Source of the DNA: Octopus sinensis
Taxonomy: Eukaryota
Reading direction: 5' to 3'
Assembly: GCF_006345805.1 (NCBI RefSeq)
Contig: NC_042998.1
Location: 166,408,001 to 166,472,000 of the forward strand
DNA length: 64,000 nucleotides
In this document: positions 1 through 11,959 of the stretch, piece after piece
Layout: each line of letters starts with the position of its first letter
Position numbering within the stretch: position 1 is the stretch's first letter
Made by a program: the position numbers and the translations under genes
The notes under the pieces: model-generated
What the model was told of the DNA's origin: nothing
Database searches by the model: none
What the model saw: only the letters and a program-made list of their open reading frames with translations

Positions 1-1157
1 CAGTAAAAGTTCCTTCTTGACTGCTTTTTTTTATTTCAAGTCTCATTGACTTATATTTTTCCTTTCTCCCTATTCTATATAACCCTTTCTTTCTCATTTT
101 CCCACCATATTCTTGAAGAGGCGGGGTCAACAAAGGAAACAGTGGATTGGTCAGTTAAGAACGTCAGACGTTTCAATAAAATGACCATCGTAAACAACAA
201 ACTTGATAACTTCCTCCACTTAAAACGTCATCACATTATCACATTTTATGTAAGTGTAATATAATTTACTGTAAATAAAGTCGCCACATATATCATATAT
301 TGGTATCCGTGCCAAATAGTTGGCACTTGAATGTTTCCCCGGTTTGATTTAGGTTTATTTATTTATTTACATATTTGAGGGTACTTTTTGCCACAAGTGC
401 AGCACTCTCATCTTTTGTAAAATACTAATTAGTTTTCATATTGAAAAGAAGTAAAATGACAAGGGAAGTTTTATTATTACAGTTTAGAATAAACTTGATA
501 ACCAGATAGTTAAAAAACAAACAACAACAATTAAATTACATACAATTGGGAGTTCAAACTCTTGAAAAACCTAACTTTGACAAAATTAAGCCAATATTTT
601 GCTAAGAACTACTCTAGTAGAGTAGAACATCCGATCATTAAAATCACACATAAGTCTAAACCTTAATAACTCATTAGAACCCAATTGTTCTGCTTGTTTG
701 GTGAACAAATTATAGTTGAGTTTGAATGATGAACAGTGATATTATCACAACAATTTCAGTTTACATATTAGAATCAATGTGTACTTTAAATGTTTGAGTT
801 AACAGAGAATAAGTCTACAAGTTTTATAGCCAATTGTTTGCATCCGAACTAAGGAACTTGAGCTGCGGCTATCACCAACAGGGGGACATTATATCTTATC
901 GCTGAAAAGTAGCTGGTCCTGCCACTTTATTTGTAATGAGCGTTTCGTTGGATTCCAGTATTGGATTTATATGTTCCCATGGTCCTTGTGAGAGCAAAAG
1001 GAAGCGACGCCAACAATTTAACTTCAAACCATTTCGATGAAATTTGCATTAGTCTCAATTCAGAACCGTTTATATTGAGAACTATTCGTTCGGAATTATT
1101 CCGTGATCTTGCTCCACACTAAACTCAGTATAGACTGGTAAACAGAATCTTTACTTT

Positions 1158-1384
1158 GCGAGCTGGCAGAAACGTTAGCACGCCGGGCGAAATTCTTAGC
1201 GGTATTTCGTCTGCCGTTACGTTCTGAGTTCAAATTCCGCCGAGGTCGACTTTGCTTTCATCCTTTCAGATCGACAAATTAAGTACCAGTTACGCACTGG
1301 GGTCGATGTGATCGACTTAATCCCTTTCTCTGTCCTTGTTTGTCCCATCTATCTTTAGCCCCTTGTGGGCAATAAAGAAATAAG
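1158..1384 (+). mobile_element. SINE family A, long subfamily (tRNA-like head, central cctttcatcctttcggggtcgat domain)
   Basis: It has an A-box-like tggcagaa, a B box gagttcaaattcc and the tail ccccttgtggg..aaagaaata. Further copies lie at 20934-21165(-), 34098-34322(-), 54300-54560(-) and 61583-61745(-). Confidence 0.85.
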
Positions 1385-1660
1385 AATCTTTAGTTTGCGA
1401 TAATCTATCACGAAAATTGGATTAATTATGAAGGACTATATCTGAGATATTTTCTATTTGAATGGCAATCTCACTAGCATTACCTATTTAATAAAAGTCT
1501 CTCAGCTTGACATTCAATGATTTTCCACCACGAACTCGAGTAATTAAATCGAAGTCATCATCCTAATTTCAAACAAACAACCTTGTTATTTCATTTATGA
1601 CATTGATGTAGCTCATCTGCAGGTTATTTTTACTTTATTTCGTTATACCACCCCTCTCTT

Positions 1661-1691
<31 letters not shown>

Positions 1692-2315
1692 TTCTCTCTC
1701 TCTCTCTCTTGCTCTCTCTTTAATTCATTAACATATCTCACGTTCCTCCGTTCTCTCCGCATAAAAACCCGTATCTCATCTTAGCCTCATATGTCTGAAC
1801 CCTTAATTTGCATTTTAACTTTCTGATATAACCTTCTTCATTTTATCTTGCACTTACACTCTTACCTGCCATATCTTTCCTTGCTATCCACCTCTTTCGC
1901 CACCCTTACCACCTTTATATATTTTTATTTGTGTGCTTACATCTCTTGCATGCTATCAAGTGAAGTGGTCAGTTCCGCTGCCACATTAATATATTAATTT
2001 CGCAGAAATGGTTGTACTTTTACGGTCCATAAAATTAAAAACAAACAAAAGACGACCACCAAAACAAATAAGCAACAGGGATGAGTATCTCGTTAGTGTT
2101 AAGTTCAAGACTACAAGGGGAAGTATACCTGTAGTTGAATCAAAAACTCACTCTCGATTTATTTCGGTCAACTTTTCAACAGTAGACCTCCAGCCTTCGT
2201 TTTGTTGAAGATCTGCGTGTGCCGAATTCATCGGTAAACAAGAATACAATTGGATAATTATTGCTAGAACGGTTTTCATTGAATTATCAACAACAACAAT
2301 GACAACAACAACGTC

Positions 2316-2416
<101 letters not shown>

Positions 2417-2482
2417 CGGCGGGAAAGATATACGAAAGACAAACGAAAACAGCAAAATCATAAGCAATAGCGCGTCATGCCT

Positions 2483-2697
2483 AAGGTGGCGAGCTGGCAG
2501 AACCGTTAGCACACCAGCCAAAATGCTTAGCACCATTTCGTCTGTCTTTATGTTCTGAGTTCAAATTCTGTCGAGGTCGACTTAACCTTTCATTCTTTCT
2601 GGGCCGATAAAGCAAGTACCAGTGGAACACTGTTGCCTATGTAATCGACTTAACCCCCTTCTCCAACTTTCTGGCCTTGTGCCAAAATTTGAAATCA
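2483..2697 (+). mobile_element. SINE family A, short subfamily
   Basis: Same head and core with the tail ...ggccttgtgcc. Other copies lie at about 19060-19205, 20003-20185, 25530-25700, 36440-36640, 56285-56460 (+) and 63480-63670 (-). Confidence 0.75.
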
Positions 2698-3405
2698 ACT
2701 TTATGTGTCAGACCAGAGATCTCATCACAGACTGATGAGACCTGCTACTAGTACTATGTAAACCAAATGTCACTTGTTCCGTAGTCGGATAGTCGAATGA
2801 TAGAACGTCTGTCATGTTTACGAGACCTGTGGATTCGCCCCACGGGAAGCTTTCCACTTTTTCTGTCCAAAGAATTATTTATTATTTATAGCTTTATCAC
2901 CTTCGAGTTTCATTGTTCCAGAAAACAATCCATTCAGGACTCATCAGGTTTCTAACTCCTTATGTCTTGAACAGCAAAGAAAGTGTTCTTACGCCACCAG
3001 ATCGACAAGCAAATCCTGTTTCTTTGTAGTTGAATATTCGTAGGGGAATACAAAATGGTTATCTGTCGTAACCTTCAAGTATTTTTAACACAATACACTT
3101 TGTTAGCCGGATTAAGACTAGTTCACCACTCATACCTGGGTACTCAGTATGTAAGAGCCGGAACAAATGACGCAAAATCATCTATCATTTACTTGTTTAA
3201 GTCATTTGACTGCGACCATGCTGAAGGGTTTTAATCACACAAATCAACCCCAGAAATTTTTTTGTTTGTTTTTTGTTTTTTGTTAAGCCTGATACTTATT
3301 CAAACGGATGTCTTTTGCAGTGTAGGAATGCAAACACACCAACACTGGTTGTCAAGCGGTGATGGCGAACAAACACAGACACACACATATAGATATAAAC
3401 TTACA

Positions 3406-3492
<87 letters not shown>

Positions 3493-3532
3493 ATCTATCT
3501 ATATCTATATATATCTATATATATATTAATAT

Positions 3533-3587
<55 letters not shown>

Positions 3588-3714
3588 CGTAAAGATATTT
3601 CATATTCCATGTAATCTTACTTCGTATTCTTTTGTTGTACACGTTTCATGACGCCCTGTGCCCACATATGCATGTATGTATGCGTATACCATATACATAT
3701 GTATATATGTGTGC

Positions 3715-3782
<68 letters not shown>

Positions 3783-4439
3783 TAAGTAGGTGAATGAATT
3801 ATCCTATGTTTATCGTCAGCATGGAAACATATGTCGAGAGTAAAGGAATTTTGTTAACATCTTCGTTCGACTCCATTCTTTCATTTATTTATATATATAT
3901 TATATATATATATATATATATGTATATATCTTCTTTTAGTTTCAGTCAACCAAATCTACTCATAAGGCTTTAGTCGGCTCGAAGCTATAGTAGAAGACAC
4001 TTGTCCAAGGTACCACGCAGTGAGACTGAACCCAGAACCATGTGGTTAAGAAGCAAGCTTCTTACCATACTGCCACATTTGTCCAAGGCGCTAACAAATA
4101 TGACAATCCTGTACCGCTATTTCACTTTTATTTTTATCGACATCGAAAGGATGAAAAGACCATGGTGGTGTTTGATCTCTCTTTATAAAGAGCCGGAACA
4201 CATACGGACAAGCTTTTCGCTCATTGTCCGAACTTCTCACAATTTTTCTGATTCTCACCCGTTAGAAGGTATAAATAAAAAAATTTTTTTTAAAAAATTT
4301 AAAAAAACAACCAGAAACAAGTATTAATAATCAACAATAAACACGAAGTTTTCACCAACTTGAAATGCAACATTTGTAACAAAATGAATAACAAAAGCAG
4401 CAGAAAGAAAAGCAACTCTGAGGTCAACGACAGGAATAA

Positions 4440-4471
4440 GTAATGCAATAGCAGCAGCAGCAGCAGCAGCT

Positions 4472-4515
<44 letters not shown>

Positions 4516-4540
4516 AATAATAATAATAATAATAATGCTG

Positions 4541-4582
<42 letters not shown>

Positions 4583-4585
4583 CTG

Positions 4586-4627
<42 letters not shown>

Positions 4628-4865
4628 CTGATAATAATAATAATAATAATGCTGATAATAATAATAATAATAATAATAATAAGAAGAAGAAGAAGAAGAA
4701 GAAGAAGGAGAAGAGGAGGAGGAGCAGGAGGAGGAGGAAGAGGAAGAAGAAGAAGAAGAAAAACAAGAACAACAACAATAACAATGATGATGATGATGAT
4801 GATGATAACAAGAAGAAGAAAAACAAGAACAAGAACAGCAACAGCAACTACACAACTATAACAAA
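4440..4865. repeat. Compound in-phase trinucleotide array (GCA/ACA/ATA/AGA/GGA/ATG)
   Basis: Read directly from the sequence. Similar arrays are (CAA)n 2282-2418, 32170-32445, 42705-43000 and 46950-47055. Confidence 0.95.
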
Positions 4866-4869
4866 AACA

Positions 4870-5060
4870 ATACGCGAACAAGGGAGTCCCTGACAGGTCA
4901 CTCGACCTGCTAGTAATAATGGCCAAGTATTCCTGAAATAAAATTCCAGTTGTGCCAAGTAAGGAAAGGATTTGAATACATTATCCAATGTGCACATTAC
5001 CTAAAGGGTGGTTATAGCTGGAATCCATTGATCTTAAATTTGTTAGATCAAGATTATCAT
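4870..5060 (+). mobile_element. SINE-like family with (AAC)n tail, 3' fragments
   Basis: Shared motif gtccctg..ggtcactcgacctgctag...ggccaa...gctggaat.cattgatc. Related fragments lie at about 17610-17850(+) and 14480-14620, 21640-21790, 42170-42540, 43150-43310(-). Confidence 0.55.
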
Positions 5061-5991
5061 GGAGGTGGTGGGGTCAAACAACAACAACAACAAAAATGCA
5101 ACAACGAAATCAACTGCATAAGCATAACAACAACAACCACAATAACGACACGGCAATAATAACTTCAAGGAAATAACAAAAAGAAAAACACAATTTCAAC
5201 AGCTACCACCATTACCACCACCACCACCACCACAACCACCTCTTCCTCCACCACTAACAACAACAACAACAGCTACGATAACAACTGCAATGCAACAAGA
5301 AACTCGACTGCAATAAAAATATACCACAAAGGTTAGTTAAGCGGTCAATAACCTTTTCTTCACTGTTACTACTACTACCACCACGATTGTGCATTTGCAA
5401 ATAATGTGCAGATGCATAAATGCAAGCTGTATGTGCAGTTTGTGTCACCTAACCTATTTACTGTAATTTCACCTTCTAGATCACATGCAAATGCTGACAT
5501 GTACCCGCACATATGCAAACATACGTCTTAGAGTACCACCCCTTTTCATGTGCATACAAATGCAGTTTGTGCACAGTAATGCAGCATAGTGAGTCATTAC
5601 TGCAGCAACACCAGCACCAGCACCAACATTGATATCAACATGAACGCCAATATCTACCTCCATCGCTTGCACTGTCAAAACCGCCATGATTACTCATACC
5701 ACTACCATTACGGGCTTCCCAAGTCACGCCATATTTTCCCTCTACCATGTTATCACCTATTTCCATACCGGGACACAGTGCAATGTCCCATACAACCGCA
5801 ATAATACTGTTATAACCGCAACCGCCAATAGGATCAACGCCAACTCCACCAACACACTAACGCTGACACCTACAAAATGCCAACACCGTATACACTTCCA
5901 GAACCTCTACCATAAACACCATCACACAGATATCGCCACCACTATCTACAACTAATTTCAACGTCGCTGCTATTATTGGTACTACCACTAC

Positions 5992-6460
5992 CTGTGAAGT
6001 CGCATGGATTAGTGGTTAGAGCAGTGGTTTTCAACCAGGGTTCCGCCAGTACAGTCCAGGGGTTCCGCAAGAAGTTACAAAACTGCTAAAATCGGCAGTA
6101 ATTTTTAATTCTCCTGTGCAGATATGTGTGCATAAGACGATTAAATTATTGCACAGGGGTTTCCCGAGCCAGCGGAATGTTTCCTTGGGGTTCTGCTCCA
6201 ACAAAAAGTTTGAAAAGCACTGGGTTAGAGAGTCAGGTTCACAATCATGAGGTAATGAGTCCGATTCCCAGACCGGGCTGTGCGTTGTGTTCACTGAGCT
6301 GTAGAAATGAGATGTGACGTCACTGGTGCCAAGCTGTATCGGCTTTTGCCTATCTCTGGGATAATACCAGTGGCGTGGAGAGGGGATGCTAGTATGCATG
6401 GGCGACTGCTGGTCTTCCACAAAAATAAACTTGCCAGAACTTTATGACCGAAAGGGAGTT
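5992..6460 (+). mobile_element. tRNA-derived SINE (distinct family) split by the hAT MITE
   Basis: The A box gcatggattagtggttagag resumes after the TSD with ...ccgattcccagaccggg (B-box-like) and the SINE body. Confidence 0.65.
6022..6222. mobile_element. hAT-type MITE inserted in a SINE head
   Basis: TIRs are cagtggttttcaa / ttgaaaagcactg, with a perfect 8-bp TSD ggttagag (6014-6021, 6223-6230). Confidence 0.88.
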
Positions 6461-6568
6461 TTACTCTTTACCACCAACAAGTGCCAACATCATCGCCGCT
6501 AAAGCACAACCATCGTAGTCCCCATCACAACCAGCAAAAACCAAATACAACCACCAAATGTAACTACT

Positions 6569-6988
6569 TACGAAGAGGTGCTGAAATGTTTCTGACGGTT
6601 TAAAGGAATCGCGAAAGGCCTGGCTGGGGGCCTAGCCTTCCGAGTTCTTTTACAGGGCTTAGAAAAACTGAATGACCGCTGTAAAAAATGCTTGAATCTG
6701 AGAGGGGAATATGCTGAATAAAATAATTAACTGATTCTCCTTTATTTTCTTTTACCCAAAGCCAGTAACTTTTCAGCACTTCGTCGTATGTATGTATGTA
6801 TGTATGTACGAAGGGATGCTGAAAACTTCCTGACTTTAAGGAAAGGCCTGGTTGGGGGCTCAGCCTTCAGAGTACTTTTAGAGGGTTTGGAAAAACTGAA
6901 GGACTGTTGTAATAAGTGTGTGAATCTGAGAAGGAAATATGTTCAATAAAACCATAATTTACTGTATTTTCAGCCCACTTCGTCGGAT
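6569..6988 (+). mobile_element. Two tandem mariner-derived MITEs (6569-6788, 6807-6988) separated by (TATG)n
   Basis: TIRs are tacgaag.ggtgctgaaa ... ttttcagcacttcgtcgta with TA ends. Same family as 31586-31806 and 51158-51365. Confidence 0.75.
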
Positions 6989-7451
6989 ATGAAAAAAAAA
7001 TCCACCGATAGCACCACCATCACCACCACCACTACTACTACTACAACTATGCTAATATTGTGTGTGTGTGTGTGTGTTGTGTGTGTGTGTGTGTTTGTGT
7101 GTGTGTGTGCCTGTGTTTGACCCACCATCACCACCACCACCACCACTTGACAACCGGTGTTGGTGTGTTTATGTCTTCGTAAATTAGCGGTTCGGCAGAA
7201 AAGTTAGACAGAATAAGTACCAGGTTTTGAAAAAAAATAGGTACTGGGGTTTATTCATTCGACTAAAAGTTCTTTAAGTCGGTGCTCCAGCATGGCTGCA
7301 GTCTAATGACAAAAGGTAAAAGCAACAACAAAACAAAAACTCCTGGTAACTCCACCATCACCACCACCACTACCACCACCATCACTATGCTAAGCTTCAA
7401 CAGCATTCCTATTACTGGTACCACAATCAACCAATACCAATACCAATGTCA

Positions 7452-8359
7452 ATTTCTTTACTACCCACAAGGGGCTAAAGATAGAGGGGACAAACAAGGA
7501 CAGACAAACGGATTAAGTCGATTACATCTACCCCAGTGCGTAACTGGTACTTAATTTATCGACCCCGAAAGGATGAAAGGCAAAGTCGACCTCGGAGGAA
7601 TTCGAACTCAGAACGTAACGGCAGACGAAATACGGCTAACGCATTTCGCCCGGCGTGCTAACGTTTCGCCATCAATACCTATTTCTTTACTACCCACAAG
7701 GGGCTAAACACAGAGAGGACAAACAAGGACAGACAACGGATTAAGTCGATTACATCGACCCCAGTGCTTAACTGGTACTTAATTTATCGACCCCGAAAGG
7801 ATGAAAGGCAAAGTCGACCTCGGAGGAATTCGAACTCAGAACGTAACGGCAGACGAAATACGGCTACGCATTTCGCCCGGCGTGCTAACGTTTCTGCCAG
7901 CAATACCTATTTCTTTACTACCCACAAGGGGCTAAACACAGAGAGGACAAACAAGGACAGACAAATGGATTAAGTCGATTACATCGACCCCAGTGCTTAA
8001 CTGGTACTTAATTTATCGACCCCGAAGGGATGAAAGGCAAAGTCGACCTCGGCGGAATTCGAACTCAGAACGTAACGGCAGACGAAATACGGCTACGCAT
8101 TTCGCCCGGCGTGCTAACGTTTCTGCCAGCAATACCTATTTCTTTACTACCCACAAGGGGCTAAACACAGAGAGGACAAACAAGGACAGACAAACGGATT
8201 AAGTCGATTATATCGACCCCAGTGCGTAACTGGTACTTATTTAATCGACCCCGAAAGGATGAAAGGCAAAGTCGACCTCGGCGGAATGGGAACTCAGAAC
8301 GTAGCGGCGGACGAAATACCGCAAAGCATTTCGCCCGGCGTGCTAACGTTTCTGCCAGC
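7452..8359 (-). repeat. Tandem tetramer of family A long SINEs (period 228-229 bp)
   Basis: Units start at 7452, 7681, 7909 and 8138. The array is bounded by aataccaatgtca (7439-7451) and aataccgatgtca (8360-8372). Confidence 0.92.
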
Positions 8360-8749
8360 AATACCGATGTCATCGTCGCTATCAGTACGATCACCACTGC
8401 CTCCAACACCACCAACAAACATAATCACCAAATGTAATAGTACATATAAAGAAATTAAAACAAGCTTCCGATAACACCACCACAACCACCACCAACAACA
8501 ACAACAATAACAACCACAACAACCAAAGCAAACATTACTTTAACACCAGACAACTGCGCAATTGTACCGTCACACCCAAACATGACTGCATATAATTTTT
8601 ATTATATAATTTCTTTTTATTTTCTTATTGTTTCTCTATATTCTCCTGGCTTAATTTCCAACCTATCACTGTTTATACCTGCCATTTTGGTCGCTGGAAT
8701 TATCTAGGTAGAACAACGACCTCTTCCTTATCGCTGCTTTGACCTGTGG

Positions 8750-9091
8750 GAAGTGGTGGGCGTGGTGATGGAAGAAGCAGTGCGACCGGTTAGAGACTTG
8801 GTGGTGGCGGTGTTAATAGTGGAAGTAAAGGCTATAGATAGAGGTAGTCGAGTGGAAATGGTAGTAGTAGTAGTAGTAGTACTAGTAGTAGTAGTGGCGG
8901 TGGTGGTGGTGGTGGTGGTGGTTGTGGGTGGTAGTGGTGTGGTTTTTTTTTTGGTGGGGGTGGTGGTGGTGTATAGTAGTAGTATAGTAGTAGTGGCGGT
9001 GGTGGTGGTGGTGGTGGCGGTGTGGTGGTGATGTGGTGGGCGGTGTTAATAGTGGAAGTAAAGGCTATAGATAGAGGTAGTCGAGTGGAAA

Positions 9092-9124
<33 letters not shown>

Positions 9125-9188
9125 CGGTGGTGGTGGTGGTGGTGGTGGTGGTGGTGTGGTGGTGGTGGTGGTGGTGGTGGTAGTAGTA

Positions 9189-9228
<40 letters not shown>

Positions 9229-9820
9229 GGTGGCGGTGGTAGTAGTAGTAGTAGTAGTAGCAGCAGCAGTACTAGCAGTGCTGGTGGAACGAGTGGAGGA
9301 CCTGGTGGTGGTGATGGTGGTGGTGGTAAAGATAGCGGTGGTGGCAGTAGTGGTGGTGATGGTAATGCTGGTGCTGGTGCTGGTGTTGGAGTTCGCAGAC
9401 CTGCTGGTGATTGTGGTAAAAGTTGTGGTGGTAGTGGTGAGACGTATTGGTGGTGGTAAACAGGTGGCGGTGGTGATACTACTACTGCTACCGTTGCTGA
9501 ACCGTAGTCGTGACCGCGGTGGTGGCTGTAGGAGGAGTTGTTGTTGTTGTTGGTGGTGGTGGTGGTGGTGGTGGTGGTGGTGGAAGTGGTGGTGGTGGTG
9601 GTGGTGGTGGTGGTGATGTAGTTGTTCATATTGTCTGTAGTGCTTGCGGCGACGGTGATGGAACTTTTTTGCGTTGTGGTTGTTGGATATAGAAGTGGTG
9701 GTGATGGTGACGGCGAAGGAGTAGTGTTCTTGATGATGGTTGGGCGGTTGCGAAGAGGAGGTAACGGTCATAGTGGTGGTGGCGGTGGTGGTGGCGGTGG
9801 TGGTGGTGGTGGTGGTGGGG
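8750..9820. repeat. (GGT/AGT)n low-complexity tract with an internal duplication of about 55 bp (8806 and 9039)
   Basis: Read directly. ggcggtgttaatagtggaagtaaaggctatagatagaggtagtcgagtggaaat occurs twice. Confidence 0.9.
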
Positions 9821-10204
9821 TAAAGTTTCTGGCAGAATCATTAGCACCCCGAGCAAAATGCTTAGCGGCATTTCGTCCGTCTTTGCGTTCTGAGTTCAAT
9901 TTCCGCCGAGGTCGGCTTTATCTGTCAGCCTTTCGGGGTCGAGAAAATGGGTATCAGTCAAGCATTGGAATCGATATAATCGATTTGTCCCCTCCCCTAA
10001 AATTTCGAGCCTTGTGCCTTTAGTAGAAAGGATTGTTAATCGTAAAGTATAAGGCAGCGAGCTGGCAGAATCGTTAGCACACCGGGAAAATGCTTAGCGG
10101 CATTTCGTTCGTCCTTAAGTTCTGAGTTCAAATTCCACCGATGTATACTGTGCCTTTCATCCTTTTGGGGATAAAATAACTTTGCCTTTCTTCTAAAACG
10201 AGAG

Positions 10205-10390
10205 TTTCCAAATTGGTCAATATCGCCCCCTGAGGTGTGGTGGGACTATTTAAGAGGTCGATAAATGCCTGAAACTGCACATCTACTTAATTAGTATTTA
10301 TTTATTTTCTTATATATGCCTGGGGGTTGATATGGGGTCAAGGGTTCCATGAAGAGGTCGATGGTCTAAAAAGTTTGGGGACCTCTGATC
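10205..10390. mobile_element. hAT-type MITE remnant
   Basis: It ends aaaaagtttggggacctctg, a typical hAT/Charlie terminus. The left end is not clearly resolved. Confidence 0.45.
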
Positions 10391-11959
10391 TAAAAAGATG
10401 AAAGGCAAAGTATCAGTTGAGCACTGGGGTCGATGTAAGCGACTTGTCCCCCACCCTCTAAAAAGTTTAAGGAACTGTGCATATTGTAGAAGCGATTATT
10501 TGCCATAAAGAAAAAGCAGCGAATTGGCAGAATCGTTAACGCACCGAACAAAATGCTTAGCTGCATTGTGTCCTTGTTTACGTTCTGAGTTCAAATTCTG
10601 CAGAGGGCACTTAAATTTGCCCTTAATCTTTTCGGTGACGATTAAATAAACACTAAGCAAGTACTGGAGTTAATGTGATCGACTAAGCTCCCACCCCTTA
10701 AAACTGTTGCCCATGTGCCAAAAAAAAAAAAAAGGCAGCGAGTTGGCAGAATTGTTAGCAGCCGGGCGAAATGCTTAGCAGTATTTCGTCTGCCGTTACG
10801 TTCTGAGTTCAATTTCCGCCGAGGTCGACTTTGCCTTTCGTCCTTTCGGGGTCGATTAAATAAGTACCAGTTACGCACTGGGGTCGATATAATCGACTTA
10901 ATCCGTTTGTCTGTCCTTGTTTGTTCTCTCTGTGTTTAGCCCCTTGTGAGTAGTAAAGAAATAAGTATTTTGTCTGTCTTTACGTTCTGCGTTCAAATTC
11001 CGCCGAGGTCAACTTTGCTTTTCATCCCCTCGGGGTCGATAAATTAAGTGCCAGTTGCGTACTGGTTCGATCTAATCCACTGGCTCCCCTTTCCCAAAAT
11101 TTCGGGCCGTGTGCCTAGATTAGAAAAGAATCGTTGGCGCATCGGACAAAATGCTTAGCAACATTTCTTCCGACTCATTACGTTCTGAGTTCGAGGTCGA
11201 CTGTACCTTTTATCCTTTCGAGATCGATAAAATAAAGTACCAGACAACTACAGCGCTCGATGTAATGGACTAATCCCGTCCCACTAAAAATGCTAGACTT
11301 GACCCAAAAATTGAAATCATTAAATGCGGTGAGCTGCCAGCGAGTCTACCGCGCGGGACAAAATGCTTAGTAGAGTTTCTTGCGGCTCTTTACGTTCTCA
11401 GTTCAAATACTGACTTCGCCTGACTTCGCATTTCCTATTTTCGCGCTCGATAAAATTGATACCAGTTGAGCACTGAGGGTGATGTAATCAAATAGTTCCC
11501 TCTCCCAAAACAGCTAACTTTGCTCTTATAGTAGAAAGAAATATAAGTTGTGCTAGTGGATTTAGAACAATCTTTTAAAGTGTCGAACAAAATGACTCGT
11601 GACATTAGAATCTGTACGTTCTGAGATCAAATCCAGTCGCGATCAAATTTGTCTTTCTTTCTTTCGGGATCGATAAAATAATCTTTTCTCCTTTAGGTAC
11701 AAGACTCGAAATTTGGGGGAAGGGGAACAGTCGATTAGATCGACTGCAGTACGCAACTGGTACTTAATTTTTCGACCTCGAAAGGATGAAAGGCAAAAGT
11801 CGAACTCGGCGGAATTTGAAGTCTGAACATAAAGACAGACGAAACACCGCTAAGCATTAAGCCCGGCGTGCAAGCGTTTATGCCAGCTCGCCGCCTTTGG
11901 GAGCAATAAAATAATGCACTACTCAAGTACTAGTATCGACTTAATTGACTGACCTGCCC

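Noticed and set aside
7452-8359. Regular repeat array considered as CRISPR-like
   Set aside because: The units are whole 229-bp SINEs with no unique spacers, in a eukaryotic context.
7764-8437. Repeated ORFs MLNWYLIYRPRK...
   Set aside because: They are antisense translations of the tandem SINE units.
8753-10023. Long Pro/Thr/His/Val/Gly-rich ORFs up to 265 aa that resemble extensin or mucin
   Set aside because: All six frames are open because of (GGT/AGT)n. There are no splice or codon signals and no unique sequence.
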